In this document: positions 10,843-22,746 of the stretch, piece after piece | Position numbering within the stretch: position 1 is the stretch's first letter | How the letters are laid out: each line of letters opens with the position of its first letter | Source of the DNA: Histomonas meleagridis 2922-C6/04-290x | Taxonomy: Eukaryota; Protista; Parabasalia | DNA length: 64,000 nucleotides | NCBI GenBank assembly: GCA_020184695.1 | Contig: JAANOX010000033.1 | Span: forward strand, 62,001 to 126,000 | Direction: 5' to 3' | The notes under the pieces: generated by a model | What the model saw: the letters and a program-made list of their open reading frames with translations, nothing else | Told to the model about the DNA's origin: nothing | The model's database searches: none | Program-made: the position numbers and the translations under genes

Positions 10843-12609
10843 TTACGCTCCTAAATCAGTTTCAAATGTTTTTACATTTGATGAAATAACCAAACTGATT
10901 ACATTGAGTTTATTCTCCAGTAGTTCCCAGATCCTGTCATCAAGGCTTCCTGGCGCATGTAGATAGTATATCTCCACATCTCTTTTTTGACCAATTCGAT
11001 GCACCCTATCTTCGGCTTGTAAGTGTTCTCCTGGAGTCCAAGCAAACTCAGCAAACACCACTAAAGAAGCTTCTGTTAGTGTAATACCAGTTGAAGCAAC
11101 ATCCAAACCCAAAATGGAAACTTTACATTCAGGGGTGGTCCTGAAACGGTTAAGTAGGGCATCCCGTTGTATTCTTTGGGTTGCCCCGGAAATTGTGATG
11201 CAGTCAATTCCTTGTTTTGTCATCCAATCTTGGATCCCATTAAGCACAAATAAATGCCGAGCAAATATTAAACACTTACGATTTTCATTAAAAAAGGGTC
11301 TTCGAAAATCGGCAGAACAAAACCAATTCAGTATTGATTCAAGTTTTTCATGTGCTGTTTCAGAGTAAAGGGATGTTAATACTTTTGTATGTTCAGTTTT
11401 CATTGTCTGCATTCCTGAACAAATTGCAAGCTGTGAAACTCGAACTTGTGACATCTTCTCTCGCATTGAAGTAGATGGCGAATAATTAAGGAGGATATGA
11501 TATCTCCTCTTTTGAGGAAGATCTAACACTTCGTCCTTTTCGCGTCGTATCATTACAAGATGTTGAAGAACAAATTTTAATTCTTCTGCATGAGTGCATC
11601 CATTTGCTTCGAAATGCCCTAAAGAATTTAATCCACCATGACAGTACCTATTAGCAAATTCTATAAAAGAGCTAAAGACTTTTGGAAGAAGTAACTTGAG
11701 TTGTGAAAAAAGTTCCGATGGACGGTTAAGTGTTGGGGTGCCCGAAAGAAGTATCAAATATTTCACTTTTGATAAAATAGGGAAAATTGAAGTGTACGTT
11801 TTTGTTTTTGAGTTTTTGAGAACGTGAGATTCATCGACGATAGCCATATCGTAATCGATTTGCAAAAGGTTTTCAGTTGCTCTTTGTGCAGCTGAGTATG
11901 AAATTATAGTTAATGGAGTCGGTGGAATCTTTTGTGACTTGAGGACCATGTTAATATTAGAAGTAGATATATTTGTGTATTTAAGAAAACTATCAAACCA
12001 AGTGGACACCATCTCCAACGGTGCAAAAACAATAACTCTTGCTTTGTTGGGAAATCCAGCCACGCAAGCACAGGAAATCGCTTCAATTGTTTTACCAAGA
12101 CCCATTGCATCTGCAATGAAAACACGAAATGAGCGAGAAATAGCAAATAAAATAGATTCTCTTTGATGATTCATAAGGCTAGTAAGTATCTTTTTAGGCA
12201 ATGAATTTAGCATTGAGGGATCTGTTGGTTTTGGTTTGAATGTTGATATTGCGGTAAAAATAGTATCAGGAATTACATCCAAATTAACATCAAATGCTTC
12301 TGATTTTTTAAGTGCGTTTATGACGCGCCTATAATTTTTGATTGGAATGTTCCAAAATGAATTTTGATCTACAAAAACATGAACAGCTTGATTTGCAACA
12401 TAAGTTTGTTGTAACTCCGGCGAATCGGAAAACTGGACAGTGTTTTCATCAATTAAATTTGCAATAACTGGTATTTTTTTTCTTGGAATCACTTTTTGGA
12501 CTGGAACTTGTTGGCGATGATTAGCTTCATTTTGTCTTTCTGCTTCATCAATAGACCCAAGAAAATCAAAATCTTCGTCTTCGTCATCGCTCAAGAAGTT
12601 CACATCCAT
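10843..12609 (-). CDS. SNF2-family helicase/ATPase, SMARCAL1/ZRANB3-like annealing helicase
   Basis: FIADAMGLGKTIEA (motif I), IVDESH (motif II), LLSGTP (III), QAEDRVHRIGQ (VI). Confidence 0.9.
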   Translation of the reverse strand: MDVNFLSDDEDEDFDFLGSIDEAERQNEANHRQQVPVQKVIPRKKIPVIANLIDENTVQFSDSPELQQTYVANQAVHVFVDQNSFWNIPIKNYRRVINALKKSEAFDVNLDVIPDTIFTAISTFKPKPTDPSMLNSLPKKILTSLMNHQRESILFAISRSFRVFIADAMGLGKTIEAISCACVAGFPNKARVIVFAPLEMVSTWFDSFLKYTNISTSNINMVLKSQKIPPTPLTIISYSAAQRATENLLQIDYDMAIVDESHVLKNSKTKTYTSIFPILSKVKYLILLSGTPTLNRPSELFSQLKLLLPKVFSSFIEFANRYCHGGLNSLGHFEANGCTHAEELKFVLQHLVMIRREKDEVLDLPQKRRYHILLNYSPSTSMREKMSQVRVSQLAICSGMQTMKTEHTKVLTSLYSETAHEKLESILNWFCSADFRRPFFNENRKCLIFARHLFVLNGIQDWMTKQGIDCITISGATQRIQRDALLNRFRTTPECKVSILGLDVASTGITLTEASLVVFAEFAWTPGEHLQAEDRVHRIGQKRDVEIYYLHAPGSLDDRIWELLENKLNVISLVISSNVKTFETDLGA

Positions 12610-12877
12610 TTATCAAAAAAAATCACATTTGGGAATCGAACCTTGGCCATGTTATTGAAAATAAATTTTTTTTTTCTAAAAGCGATTTTTTTAAATCTTA
12701 ATTATAAATTATTTTGCAATTTTACATCCTTTTTCTTGATATTCAAGATAATAAATACAAAAACAAAACATCTCTTCTTCTTAAATTATTCAATGATAAT
12801 TATCAATTAATTTTAAAATATCGTGGATACGAACATTTATATCAATACAAATCAGTCAAAACAAAAAAGATTTATTT

Positions 12878-13294
12878 CTATTCAACAAATTCTGTATAAA
12901 GTGTTTCGTTTTCATTATTCTTTTCCTGGTAAAATTCTGGACCTCGTATATGAATTGCATGCTGATTTCCTCCTATGAAATTACAGTCATGAACATAAAT
13001 TGTTGGGAATTTGGCCATTCCGTATGCTTCACCTTTGATGATCATTCCATCAAAATTCATAAAGTGTAATGAATGGAGCTGAAGCGTTGTTGGGTTTAAG
13101 CTCTGTATTAAGTTTATTAAAGGTTTTCGAAAGAATCTTCCATTTATTGGTGCAAATTCTTTTTTACCGCTTACTGTTAAATTTCTTAATTGCCTTGCTG
13201 TTATAAAATCGGATAAAAAAGCCGGTTGAAAGATTAGTTCATTTTGTTCTTCTTCTGAGAAAGAATACACAGAAGAAAAAAGAAGTAAAAACAT
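12878..13294 (-). CDS. Small hypothetical secreted protein
   Basis: ATG-started 138-aa ORF with signal-peptide-like MFLLLFSSVYSFS. Confidence 0.6.
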   Translation of the reverse strand: MFLLLFSSVYSFSEEEQNELIFQPAFLSDFITARQLRNLTVSGKKEFAPINGRFFRKPLINLIQSLNPTTLQLHSLHFMNFDGMIIKGEAYGMAKFPTIYVHDCNFIGGNQHAIHIRGPEFYQEKNNENETLYTEFVE

Positions 13295-13897
13295 TATGAC
13301 ATAACCGTCAAAAACAAAAATCTTTAAAAATTTAAATTTTATGTTTATATAAGATCAAATTTTGTACAAAGTTTCCATCGATAAATTATTATTTCCACAA
13401 ACATACTATTATTTTTGCAAACTACGTATTCGTAAAAAAATTTTATCATATATCTTTCAATGAAATTTGGTGCTTGATATACATTTTTAACTTTTAGTAT
13501 CTAAAAATTAAAATGATATTATGCCACAAAAAAAATTGTTTTATTTTTTTCTGTAAATTCACCAAAAACAAAAATTTCATCCAAAAATATTTTAATGATG
13601 ACGTTATCCTTTTAAAAAAAAACCAAAACCTGCGTATACGAATAAAAGGGAAATCGAATAATACTAATTTTAAATTAAACATTTTATAATTTATCATTTA
13701 AAATATGGCAACAAATATCGAAATCGTGCAATATACTAAAATAGTTGCATAAATTAAATGCTTGTTATATTGTTTAAAACTATTTAAATAGTTTCATTTT
13801 TTTTCAAAAAGTTGTTATTGATGCATCGATGTTATGTAATTCTGTGTTTAATTTGCCAATTCTTTATTTTTAAAATATTTTTCGACTGCTAAAGATC

Positions 13898-14437
13898 ATG
13901 CAACTAGAGACGGAAAGGTTGATACTCAGACCATGGAGGATTGAAGATGCAGAATCTTTGTATAATTATGCGAAAGATACAAGAGGTGGCCTAGCTGCTG
14001 GCTGGCCACCTCATAAAAGTATTGAAGAGAGCCGACAATCGATAGCAACAAGACTTTCATCAAAAGGATGTTTTGCTATAGTTCTAAAAACGGAAGGCGA
14101 ACCGGTTGGCTGCATCAGCATCGACTTTCATGATAAAAGTGATTTAACCCAAGCAGAAGATGAAGGAGAAATTGGGTATTGGATTGGCGTTCCATTTTGG
14201 GGGCAAGGAATATGCCCCGAGGCAACACTTGAAATAATGCGTTATGCATTTGAAGAATTACATATGAACAAAATTTGGTGTGGATATTTTGATGGTAATA
14301 CACAGTCCAAAAGAGTTCAAGAAAAATGTGGATTTGTGTATCATCATACTATTGAGAATTATTACAATAAGCATTTAAATGATTACAAGAAATGTCATGT
14401 TTCAGTAATAACAAAAGAAATGTGGGAAACTAAGTAA
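13898..14437 (+). CDS. GNAT N-acetyltransferase, RimJ/RimL family; bacterial-like
   Basis: LETERLILRPW, EIGYWIGVPFWGQGICPEA and GNTQSKRVQEKCGF are classic RimJ/RimL motifs. Confidence 0.92.
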   Translation: MQLETERLILRPWRIEDAESLYNYAKDTRGGLAAGWPPHKSIEESRQSIATRLSSKGCFAIVLKTEGEPVGCISIDFHDKSDLTQAEDEGEIGYWIGVPFWGQGICPEATLEIMRYAFEELHMNKIWCGYFDGNTQSKRVQEKCGFVYHHTIENYYNKHLNDYKKCHVSVITKEMWETK

Positions 14438-15115
14438 AAGTTTTTTTTTTTTTTGTTATATCTTGTTAAAATATAATAATTCAATTATAATACAGGCAGA
14501 TGAACAAAACGAATTTCAAATTTTAGCAATAAAAATGTTTCCTATCTACTTCAGTTTTTTGATATAATACTTTGATCCTTCATCCAATTTTATTGCTGAA
14601 AATCATAATGTAACAACATATCCTTATGAGAATAAATTACCCATAATTATGGTATTACATAAAAAATTTTGTATATAATTACTCCAAATTCAAGAATAAT
14701 TTTTGGATCTTCTAAATAATGAATATGTTATTTATCTATAAAACATCAAAATGGATAAAATAAATTTAATGTAAACATTTTTTACTTAATTAATTAGAAT
14801 TCTTTATAGAGTTTTAGTCTGTCTTGAAAACACAAAAGTTTAGGTATTTTAGGTTGCCTGTGAAGTTGAATCGCCTTTCCGCCTTTACCATGGTCGAGAT
14901 CACTTGTGTTATGCTTCGAAGAATGATATTTTATATTTTAAAAATCAGTTTAAAGTTATTATCAAATGAATTTATTTTTATAATTTTAAATCAATTCAAA
15001 AGCTTGTCATTTTTACCATTACATGATGAATACAAAACAATTTATTTGATGTAAATTTGATTTTTTTTTGATTGCAAAAAATAATTCTTATGCAAATTAT
15101 TCCGACCACAATTGT

Positions 15116-17998
15116 TTATTGACTGTTAGCCATTTTTTGGTCAATTTCAATTATTTGCATTCTATATTTTTCTGGTAACGAATCAAAAACACCTGCTGAT
15201 TTCGTAAATTGAAGAAACATTAATATTGGATTTATATTATCTAAACCCATATGAGAAGGTGCAACAATTTTCTGTTTATAAACATCATCACATGAATCTT
15301 CTTCTTCGTCTTCTTCTTCATCATCATTTTCATTTTCACATTCTTCTTCATTTTGATCATCATCTTCTGTTTCATTTTCTTCATCATCTTCTTCCATTAA
15401 TTTTAATTTGTATAAATATTTGAAAAGTGTTACTGCTTTTTGATATGCTTCATTGATTCCATTTCTTGCAAAAGAAAGTAGAATTATAAAAGCAATTGTC
15501 ATTTCTCTGTAGGTTGAAATTGTAGATTTAGAAATACAGTTAATGATAAAATTCGCAATGTTGCTTTGTATTAATCCAATAATTTGTTGTTCATCAACAA
15601 CAATAGCTGATGCTATCACATAAATTCCTCCAATAAAAACTATTGGATCATATGTTTCTTCATCACTATCTTCAAATGGTACAATTTCTTGTTCAAGTGC
15701 TACTATTGCAAGAGGAACTAATGAAAATGCAACAGCTCCAAATTCTTGAATTAAACAAGAAGCCAATAATAAAGAATAACCTTCTCTTTCTCCATCATTT
15801 TCTGCACGTGCAGTTTGAAACATTGTATTTGTAACTTGAATCAAAGCATTAACTAATTCTGGTTGATTTGCCAATGGATGATTCTTTGCACAAATAATTG
15901 GATAAAGATACCAAACTAATTCACGTGTTGCATCAAAGAAACTTTCATCTGATGATAATATTTGGAATAAAGGAGGTAAAGATTGGATTTGTACTGGAAG
16001 AGCTTCTTCAAATTTTACTGAAAATGTTGAAATAATATCAAATAGTTGTGTATAAACAAAGTTATCTGGATAATCACAAAAAATTGATATAACTTTTGGA
16101 ATAACAAATTCTGCAAGTTGAATTAGAATAGGAGAATCATCATTAATATTTCGAATTAAAGTAGCAATTAAATCGAGAATAGAAGTTGCTCCTTCAGAAC
16201 ATTCTTCACCAGCTGCAATTCTTTGAATAGCACTATTAAAAAGCATTGATATTAAATCACCATTAATTGTGTCCATATTTTGGCAACTATTTTCACATAC
16301 AGCATCAATTACATCTGATGCTATTTTTGATTTAAAGATAACTGTGTTTTCAAGTAATTTGGTAAGAATTGGAGCTAAATCAATTTGTTGCTTTTCTTCA
16401 ATATATTTGTTACAAGAAACTAGTAACTTAGATGCAGCAAGCACAACAATAGGTTGGTTACTTAATGCAATTATTTGATATGCAATTCTAAATCCATTTT
16501 GAGGATCAATATCCTTTAAAATTACAGAACAAAACCAAAGTAATGTTACAATTAGGAAAGGAGGATATTGGTTAAACTTTGAAAGTTCATTAATAATATT
16601 AGAAATGAACTCTTGTGGTAAGTTTGGAATAACAGGTATATTATCCATATTGATTTGATTTTTATGTTTTTTCATCTTTTTCTTCCATTTATCATGTTCT
16701 TTTTTCATTGATTTTAAAAAGTATAGAAGTAGAAAGATTTTACATTCAAAATCAAATATATCTGTTGGTTGAGTAAGTAAAAAAAGATAAAATTGTGGTG
16801 CAATTGGAGTTTTTGCTATCGCAGTTACAATTTTACGGCAACTATAACGAGGTGAAACCAAATTTCCCTCATCAAAATCTAAATTAATATCCAGATAATA
16901 CTCAGGATTAATCACAGCTTGATTAACATCATCAGGTTGAATTCTAGCATGTTTAATAAGAACATTTGATAAGAAATCAGGCGTTAATAATGATTCATTA
17001 CAAACATTGTAATTTATAAATTGGTAAAAAATATCTAATGTTTCTGCTGATAAAATAAAATTGGTTGGAAGAGATAATACTTTAATTGTTATTTGTAGAA
17101 TAGATGGAGCAATTCTTTCTTTGTACATATTTGAAAAAGCTAAACGAGCTTCATCAATATAATCAGAAGGTTTTTGGAGATTAATTTGATTTAGAGTCAA
17201 TAACATTTTGAAAATTTGATACTTCATTTTTAAAATATTTTCCTTGTTTGTTTCAATGAGTAATGTATTTGTAATTTCTGAAATGAGAGTAATAAATTCT
17301 GCTGAAAATAATGTTGTACTAAAAACCTTTAATGAACGGTATAAAATTTTTGAAATAGTTGCGATAACTGATGCTGCTGAATCGTGCGTAAGAACAATAG
17401 GTAATGCACTAGATGCAATAGATTTATAACATGGAAGAAGTCTTGTATTAGTATTATCAAGATCATTGACCATTTCTTCAGGAGTATTATATATACCAAT
17501 ATATGCATTTTCTTTGCGATTAAAGCATGCTTTTCCCCAAAAATAACATAAATTTAAAAATGAAAGTGTATCCTCAAGGCTATCTGATTTTGCATGATAT
17601 ATTTCAATAAGCCTATTCATAAAATTTTGAATTCTTGGGAATGATTTTAGAATTATACTACGAAATGCAGTAAAAAAATGTGACCTGAGTTGGAAATTGA
17701 ATTGAAACATCAAATCTAATAGTGAAATTGAAATTTGCTCTTGATTTTCAGGTGTCCAATATACATCGCCTTGATGGTCTTGATAACGTCCAATCCATTT
17801 GCTTCGAATTAAGTTTACAATTTGAATAATAATTTGAATTGTAAGTGTTTGATCTTGTTGAACTTCTGGTTGAACAATTGAATTTAACAAAAAAAGAATA
17901 AATTGGGGATTCTCTGAAGCTGCCATAATAACTTCGGTCGCCTGTGTAATTGCATTTTGATCAGGCACCAAGAGTGCCTTAAAAACAGATAAATCCAT
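15116..17998 (-). CDS. Importin-beta-like HEAT-repeat protein (importin-7/8-like) with acidic C-terminal tract
   Basis: N-terminal IBN-like segment (ITQATEVI...IVNLIRSKW), helical composition, EYYLDINLDFD...SPRYSCRKIV, D/E-rich tail. Confidence 0.6.
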   Translation of the reverse strand: MDLSVFKALLVPDQNAITQATEVIMAASENPQFILFLLNSIVQPEVQQDQTLTIQIIIQIVNLIRSKWIGRYQDHQGDVYWTPENQEQISISLLDLMFQFNFQLRSHFFTAFRSIILKSFPRIQNFMNRLIEIYHAKSDSLEDTLSFLNLCYFWGKACFNRKENAYIGIYNTPEEMVNDLDNTNTRLLPCYKSIASSALPIVLTHDSAASVIATISKILYRSLKVFSTTLFSAEFITLISEITNTLLIETNKENILKMKYQIFKMLLTLNQINLQKPSDYIDEARLAFSNMYKERIAPSILQITIKVLSLPTNFILSAETLDIFYQFINYNVCNESLLTPDFLSNVLIKHARIQPDDVNQAVINPEYYLDINLDFDEGNLVSPRYSCRKIVTAIAKTPIAPQFYLFLLTQPTDIFDFECKIFLLLYFLKSMKKEHDKWKKKMKKHKNQINMDNIPVIPNLPQEFISNIINELSKFNQYPPFLIVTLLWFCSVILKDIDPQNGFRIAYQIIALSNQPIVVLAASKLLVSCNKYIEEKQQIDLAPILTKLLENTVIFKSKIASDVIDAVCENSCQNMDTINGDLISMLFNSAIQRIAAGEECSEGATSILDLIATLIRNINDDSPILIQLAEFVIPKVISIFCDYPDNFVYTQLFDIISTFSVKFEEALPVQIQSLPPLFQILSSDESFFDATRELVWYLYPIICAKNHPLANQPELVNALIQVTNTMFQTARAENDGEREGYSLLLASCLIQEFGAVAFSLVPLAIVALEQEIVPFEDSDEETYDPIVFIGGIYVIASAIVVDEQQIIGLIQSNIANFIINCISKSTISTYREMTIAFIILLSFARNGINEAYQKAVTLFKYLYKLKLMEEDDEENETEDDDQNEEECENENDDEEEDEEEDSCDDVYKQKIVAPSHMGLDNINPILMFLQFTKSAGVFDSLPEKYRMQIIEIDQKMANSQ

Positions 17999-18461
17999 CT
18001 AATCAGATTGTTTCCCGCCAAGAACCTCTTCTCAAAATTCTTTTGGCGGCGTTCAAATATCATTGAAAATAATATTTTTGAATACATGTACGTTTATGAA
18101 AATTGATGAAGTGATATCATGTTGCAACAAATTTTTCTTTTTGATATGAAACATGTTTAATTCTCTTACTTTTTTACGATGATGTCAAAAACCCTACTTG
18201 ATACCATGTAAATCTCTATTTAATGATTTCAAATTAGAAAATTTTAAATTTATGATGCCGGTGACACCTTCTTTTTTCATGCAATTCCTTATAAAATACT
18301 TACTTTGGAATACAGGTATACCAACTGGTTGGTCATAAAAAATTAATTAATTATGATTTATGCTTCAAGAAAATATTACTTCAAATGTTTGGAGAAAATG
18401 CATTTTTTTATAAACTTTTGAAAATTGAAAACGTTAAGTGCATGTTAACCTTTCCCAAAAC

Positions 18462-19691
18462 ATGTTTTTACTCTTTCTTCAAATAGTTTTCCCAAAAATC
18501 GATACAACATATTCACTAACTCCTCCGTTCCTTCATACTGGAATCAGAGAAATTGGAAATTGGTCTTTGGTTGGTCAAATTATTTCTCAAAAAAGAATTT
18601 TACATTTTACAACTAATGTCAAGGAAACATATGGGGGCATTTGTAATAGGCTTCCAACCGTTTCAAAAGATTGGATGAGTGAAATTGAACTTCAACTTAT
18701 TAAAGATTTATTTATTTTTACTTTCAGTAAATTTCCATGCCCTAACACATCAACATCTTTTATTGGGCTAACAATTTCGCTTATACCTCGAAACAACCAA
18801 ATGAATATTGAACTTTCAGGAACTGAAATATTTCCATCAAACATTTGTTCGTTTGAATATTCAACTGACGAACCACTGAGGATTCGTATTTATAAAAAGG
18901 AAAATACTTTAATTATAAAATATATCACAAAATCTAATACTGTCCAAGATTGTTTGATGCAAAATCTCACTCATCTCTATGAATATGGCTATATTTCGAT
19001 GTTTGGACACACAGTTGGTTGTAGTGATTGCAAGTCAGATCTTATTTCTGAAACTTTCATTCCAACATCAGATTATTCGCCCATTCAAAATTGGGAAAAA
19101 ATCTCCAACAGAAGCCGAAAATCCATCAATAAGTTCCTTTATGGTAACCGTACTCCCCAAAAGATGTACCGTCGTGCCAAGATGCTTACTATTTCAAATT
19201 ACATATCACAGATCAAAAACTCAAATTCGACGCTAAGTGAATCAGAGATCATAAAACTTTCCGATGCTTTCAATGAAGTCAATGAAATGATTTTAAGAGC
19301 TAACGAATGTGTTTCTGCTGATCAACTCAAAACATTTATTGATAAAAAAATGGTGCCTTCACTTAATAATGCTTCTGCGCGATTCGAAAGAGTCAAAGAT
19401 GCGTTATGGAGCATGAGGACAGAGTTCATTGACCTTTGGGAAGGAGCCAAAAGTCAATTAAAAGGAATAAATAGCGAAATACGAAAAGAATTCATTCAAA
19501 TTGAAAACGAAGCGTTAGAAATGGCAAATGAAATAAAAGGAGAAATGAAAGAAATCGAAACAAAGATACCGAAACGAAAGAAAAGTTCATTCCCAATGTT
19601 TCTTTTTTGTTTATGTGTAATAGAATTTGTTGCGTACTTTGTTTTCTTGTTGAAAAATTATTCCAAAATTACAACAAAGAAAATTTTGTAA
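18462..19691 (+). CDS. ERGIC-53/L-type lectin-like type I membrane protein
   Basis: First ATG at 18462 (MFLLFLQ signal); LTPPF...IGNWSLVG lectin-like start, coiled-coil stalk, TM FPMFLFCLCVIEFVAYFVFLL, C-terminal KKIL (KKxx retrieval motif). CCTTT just upstream of the ATG. Confidence 0.7.
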   Translation: MFLLFLQIVFPKIDTTYSLTPPFLHTGIREIGNWSLVGQIISQKRILHFTTNVKETYGGICNRLPTVSKDWMSEIELQLIKDLFIFTFSKFPCPNTSTSFIGLTISLIPRNNQMNIELSGTEIFPSNICSFEYSTDEPLRIRIYKKENTLIIKYITKSNTVQDCLMQNLTHLYEYGYISMFGHTVGCSDCKSDLISETFIPTSDYSPIQNWEKISNRSRKSINKFLYGNRTPQKMYRRAKMLTISNYISQIKNSNSTLSESEIIKLSDAFNEVNEMILRANECVSADQLKTFIDKKMVPSLNNASARFERVKDALWSMRTEFIDLWEGAKSQLKGINSEIRKEFIQIENEALEMANEIKGEMKEIETKIPKRKKSSFPMFLFCLCVIEFVAYFVFLLKNYSKITTKKIL

Positions 19692-19820
19692 TTAATTATA
19701 TATATGTAAATAATACATTTTTTTAACTTTTTCTTCTTATTTAAATATTGGTTTCTCTTTTTTTGCTTTTTTTATTTTCAAATTTTTAATATTTTTTACT
19801 TAACTATTTTAGTTTTTAAA

Positions 19821-20879
19821 ATGAATTCCGAAAATTCTTTATCTGATCTTCATGCATTACTTAACGATATACAATTAAAAACGAAAAATGGAATAAATAA
19901 CTTTAACTTATTGTTAAGCATGTTGCAGAAAAGATTTGATGCAAATACAAAATACTATAAATTTCTTCAAAAAGCAATACCTGATAATTTTGATCCAAAA
20001 GATGAAGTCCTTGTTAATATAGCAGACCAAATAAAGAAAGAAATAGAGTTTCAAAAAAAATATACATATCAAGTTCATGAAAAAATTATTAATGAATTAA
20101 AAGTTTTTCAAGTAACTCTTTTATCTCAAAAGAAAAAATATTACTCATCATTAAAAAAAGAAAAATCAAAAATAGGCACAAAAATCAAAGGAAAAACGCC
20201 AAAGAAAAGAAGAAGATTTAGTTTTGTATCAAAAAATGAAAAACATTTAATGAATAAAGCACCTAATGAAAATCAAATTGAGGAAAATCTAGAAAAGCAA
20301 ATATCAAGTTTTAACAATTACTTAGGGAATTTTGAAAGCTTTAGATGTATGAAAATGAAAGAATATTATAAAAAATATATTGATATGACCATTACTCATT
20401 ATCAACAATTTATCAATGATTTCAACCAATATATCACGGGAAATGAAATAATTTATAGTGAAATTATCAAACAAAAAATATCAGAAAATGAAAAATATGT
20501 TTATGCAATTAGTAATTATAAAAGTAAAGAACCTTCTGATTTATGTTTTAAAAGAGGAACCAAAATTAAACTTCTAAAGAAAAATGAAAATGGTTGGTGG
20601 GAAGGCGAACTTAAAAATGGGAAAGTTGGATTGTTTCCATCGACATATGTATTTTTTAAAGAAGATAATTCAAAAACATATATTGGAGAAACCTTTTTAC
20701 TCATGGAGAACTTCAAACCACAAAATTCACAAGAGATAAAAATTGAAACGGGTGATTTTGTTCAAGTTAAATTTATTACAAGTACTCAAGGATATGGAAT
20801 GAATCTAATGACAAAGAAAGAAGGATTCTTTCCTCTTTCATTAATAGATGTTGTTCCTGATGACGATGAAGATAAATAA
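19821..20879 (+). CDS. SH3-domain protein (two SH3) with N-terminal F-BAR-like helical region
   Basis: YAISNY...DLCFKRGTKIKLLKKNENGWWEGELKNGKVGLFPSTYV; second degenerate SH3 EIKIETGDFVQV...KEGFFP. Confidence 0.85.
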   Translation: MNSENSLSDLHALLNDIQLKTKNGINNFNLLLSMLQKRFDANTKYYKFLQKAIPDNFDPKDEVLVNIADQIKKEIEFQKKYTYQVHEKIINELKVFQVTLLSQKKKYYSSLKKEKSKIGTKIKGKTPKKRRRFSFVSKNEKHLMNKAPNENQIEENLEKQISSFNNYLGNFESFRCMKMKEYYKKYIDMTITHYQQFINDFNQYITGNEIIYSEIIKQKISENEKYVYAISNYKSKEPSDLCFKRGTKIKLLKKNENGWWEGELKNGKVGLFPSTYVFFKEDNSKTYIGETFLLMENFKPQNSQEIKIETGDFVQVKFITSTQGYGMNLMTKKEGFFPLSLIDVVPDDDEDK

Positions 20880-21213
20880 ACAAAATTAAAATAACATAAT
20901 CTTTGTTACATCTTAATGTTATATATATTATATTATTAGAACACGTAACAATGCTCTTGTTTGAAATTTTAAAAGTTGGAAATATGATTTCATAAAGTAT
21001 GATATTTTAAACTTTGTTGATTATAACTGTTAAGTAAAAAAGCAAACATATAGCAAGGAATATGCTTAATGCAGATAGATGGTAAAGTCTTTTTTGTTCT
21101 CAAATATTTAAACGTTTTTTGGGTTAATTCAGGTTATGAATTGAAAGTAACGTCGTTTTTTGAATGATATTTTATCGTTTGGCTTGAAGGGTTTTCTTTA
21201 CAAACTTTCTGGG

Positions 21214-22746
21214 ATGATGCAAGTTCAACAGAACTTGCAATTGAGTTCTCATCACAAATTAATTCGTGACATCGTTAAATGTAATGCAGACGCCTGTATT
21301 GCATTTTTTTATATGTTACCAGAACTTGCCAAAAACAAAACATCTTTTGATAGAATACAGCTTATAGGTTTTATTATCCAATGTTGCGACTTAGGAGACA
21401 TATTTTCCACAAGAATTCTTGTCAAAAATCTAGGTTTCATTGTTTTTAAAGGAGTCGAAGAAACAGTATTAACTTCTTTCCTGCTACTTTTAGGAAAAAT
21501 TATCAGTGAATGTGGAAGTTCAATTACAGAGGAAATGGTAGAATTTGCCAAATTATTTTTAGAAATGTGCAGCGAAAAATTTCTTCAAACTCAATTCTTC
21601 CCATATTTTGCTTCTTTCTTTGAAAGAGAAAACAAAGATGTTCTTGCTCTTGTTATAAGTTTTGTTTCAAAGTTAATGTCCAAACTATCACCAAAAAACA
21701 TCAATTTTTTCATTAACCAATGTACACGATTATACAAAACAAAAATGATTATACTAAAATTAGCCATTCTAAACGCATTTTCAGACATTGTTGATTACTC
21801 CCAAAATCCACAAGAATTATTTAATCAAATTATTGTTCCTTCTACTATTGCCAGAGACACTAGGGTTAAATCCAATTCTTTATTTGTTGCATCCAAGCAT
21901 ATTAATTTAGTTAGTGATCCAGTTCCATTTCTAAATCTTGCAAAAGATTCATCATGGAAAGTCCGTTATGCGTTCTTACAAAACATTGGACCATTTGCCA
22001 CTACATTTCCACAGTTTATACCATGCTTATTGTCGTTCTTGAAGGACAACATGGGCTTCATTCGCGCAACATCATTTGATAAGGCAAGTGAAATGTTTAG
22101 TGAAATACCGAAAGATGATGTGTTTTTGCGACTTGTCGAAAGCGCGTTAAAGCAACAAAATACACTTGTAATTCTCTCCGCTCTTAATCTCCTCCCAAAG
22201 TTATTTGAATGTGGAGCAGCAGACCCGAACAAATTTGTTCGATTCATTCAGATGTTGAAATCAAAAGATGATGACATGGTAATGGAGAGTTGTTTAAGGT
22301 GTTTAGTTCCACATGTAAACATGTTGCTTGCGAAAAAGGATATCAACGCAATCGTGAAATGGATTGGCCATCAATTTAAAACAGAAAATTGGAGAAAAAT
22401 CGGAACAGTGATCGAAACAATCGAAAAGTTTCTCGAGTTCGAAAATTTACATCAAGTTGTTTTACAATTCGCTGATAATATTGCAGATAAATTATCCGAT
22501 CCTTGCCTTCATACAAGGTGCGCATCTTCATCTGCAATCCTGTCAATGGCTAAAACATTTGGTTCGCAGTTCGTTGGTGATAGAGTCATTCCGCATTTGA
22601 AGTCAATAATTGAAGGGGGTGCTCCATTGGACGTTAAGAAGAACGTTTATTACATTTTGTCTGAGCTAACAAAAATAACTGATGCAGAAATAAAAGATGC
22701 CGTACAAAAGGAGATGGACAAAGTCAGCCAGGAAATTCATAACTAA
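21214..22746 (+). CDS. HEAT-repeat protein, PP2A scaffold (A) subunit-like
   Basis: First ATG at 21214; DSSWKVRYAF resembles the PP2A-A motif DKSWRVRY; HEAT periodicity. Confidence 0.6.
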   Translation: MMQVQQNLQLSSHHKLIRDIVKCNADACIAFFYMLPELAKNKTSFDRIQLIGFIIQCCDLGDIFSTRILVKNLGFIVFKGVEETVLTSFLLLLGKIISECGSSITEEMVEFAKLFLEMCSEKFLQTQFFPYFASFFERENKDVLALVISFVSKLMSKLSPKNINFFINQCTRLYKTKMIILKLAILNAFSDIVDYSQNPQELFNQIIVPSTIARDTRVKSNSLFVASKHINLVSDPVPFLNLAKDSSWKVRYAFLQNIGPFATTFPQFIPCLLSFLKDNMGFIRATSFDKASEMFSEIPKDDVFLRLVESALKQQNTLVILSALNLLPKLFECGAADPNKFVRFIQMLKSKDDDMVMESCLRCLVPHVNMLLAKKDINAIVKWIGHQFKTENWRKIGTVIETIEKFLEFENLHQVVLQFADNIADKLSDPCLHTRCASSSAILSMAKTFGSQFVGDRVIPHLKSIIEGGAPLDVKKNVYYILSELTKITDAEIKDAVQKEMDKVSQEIHN

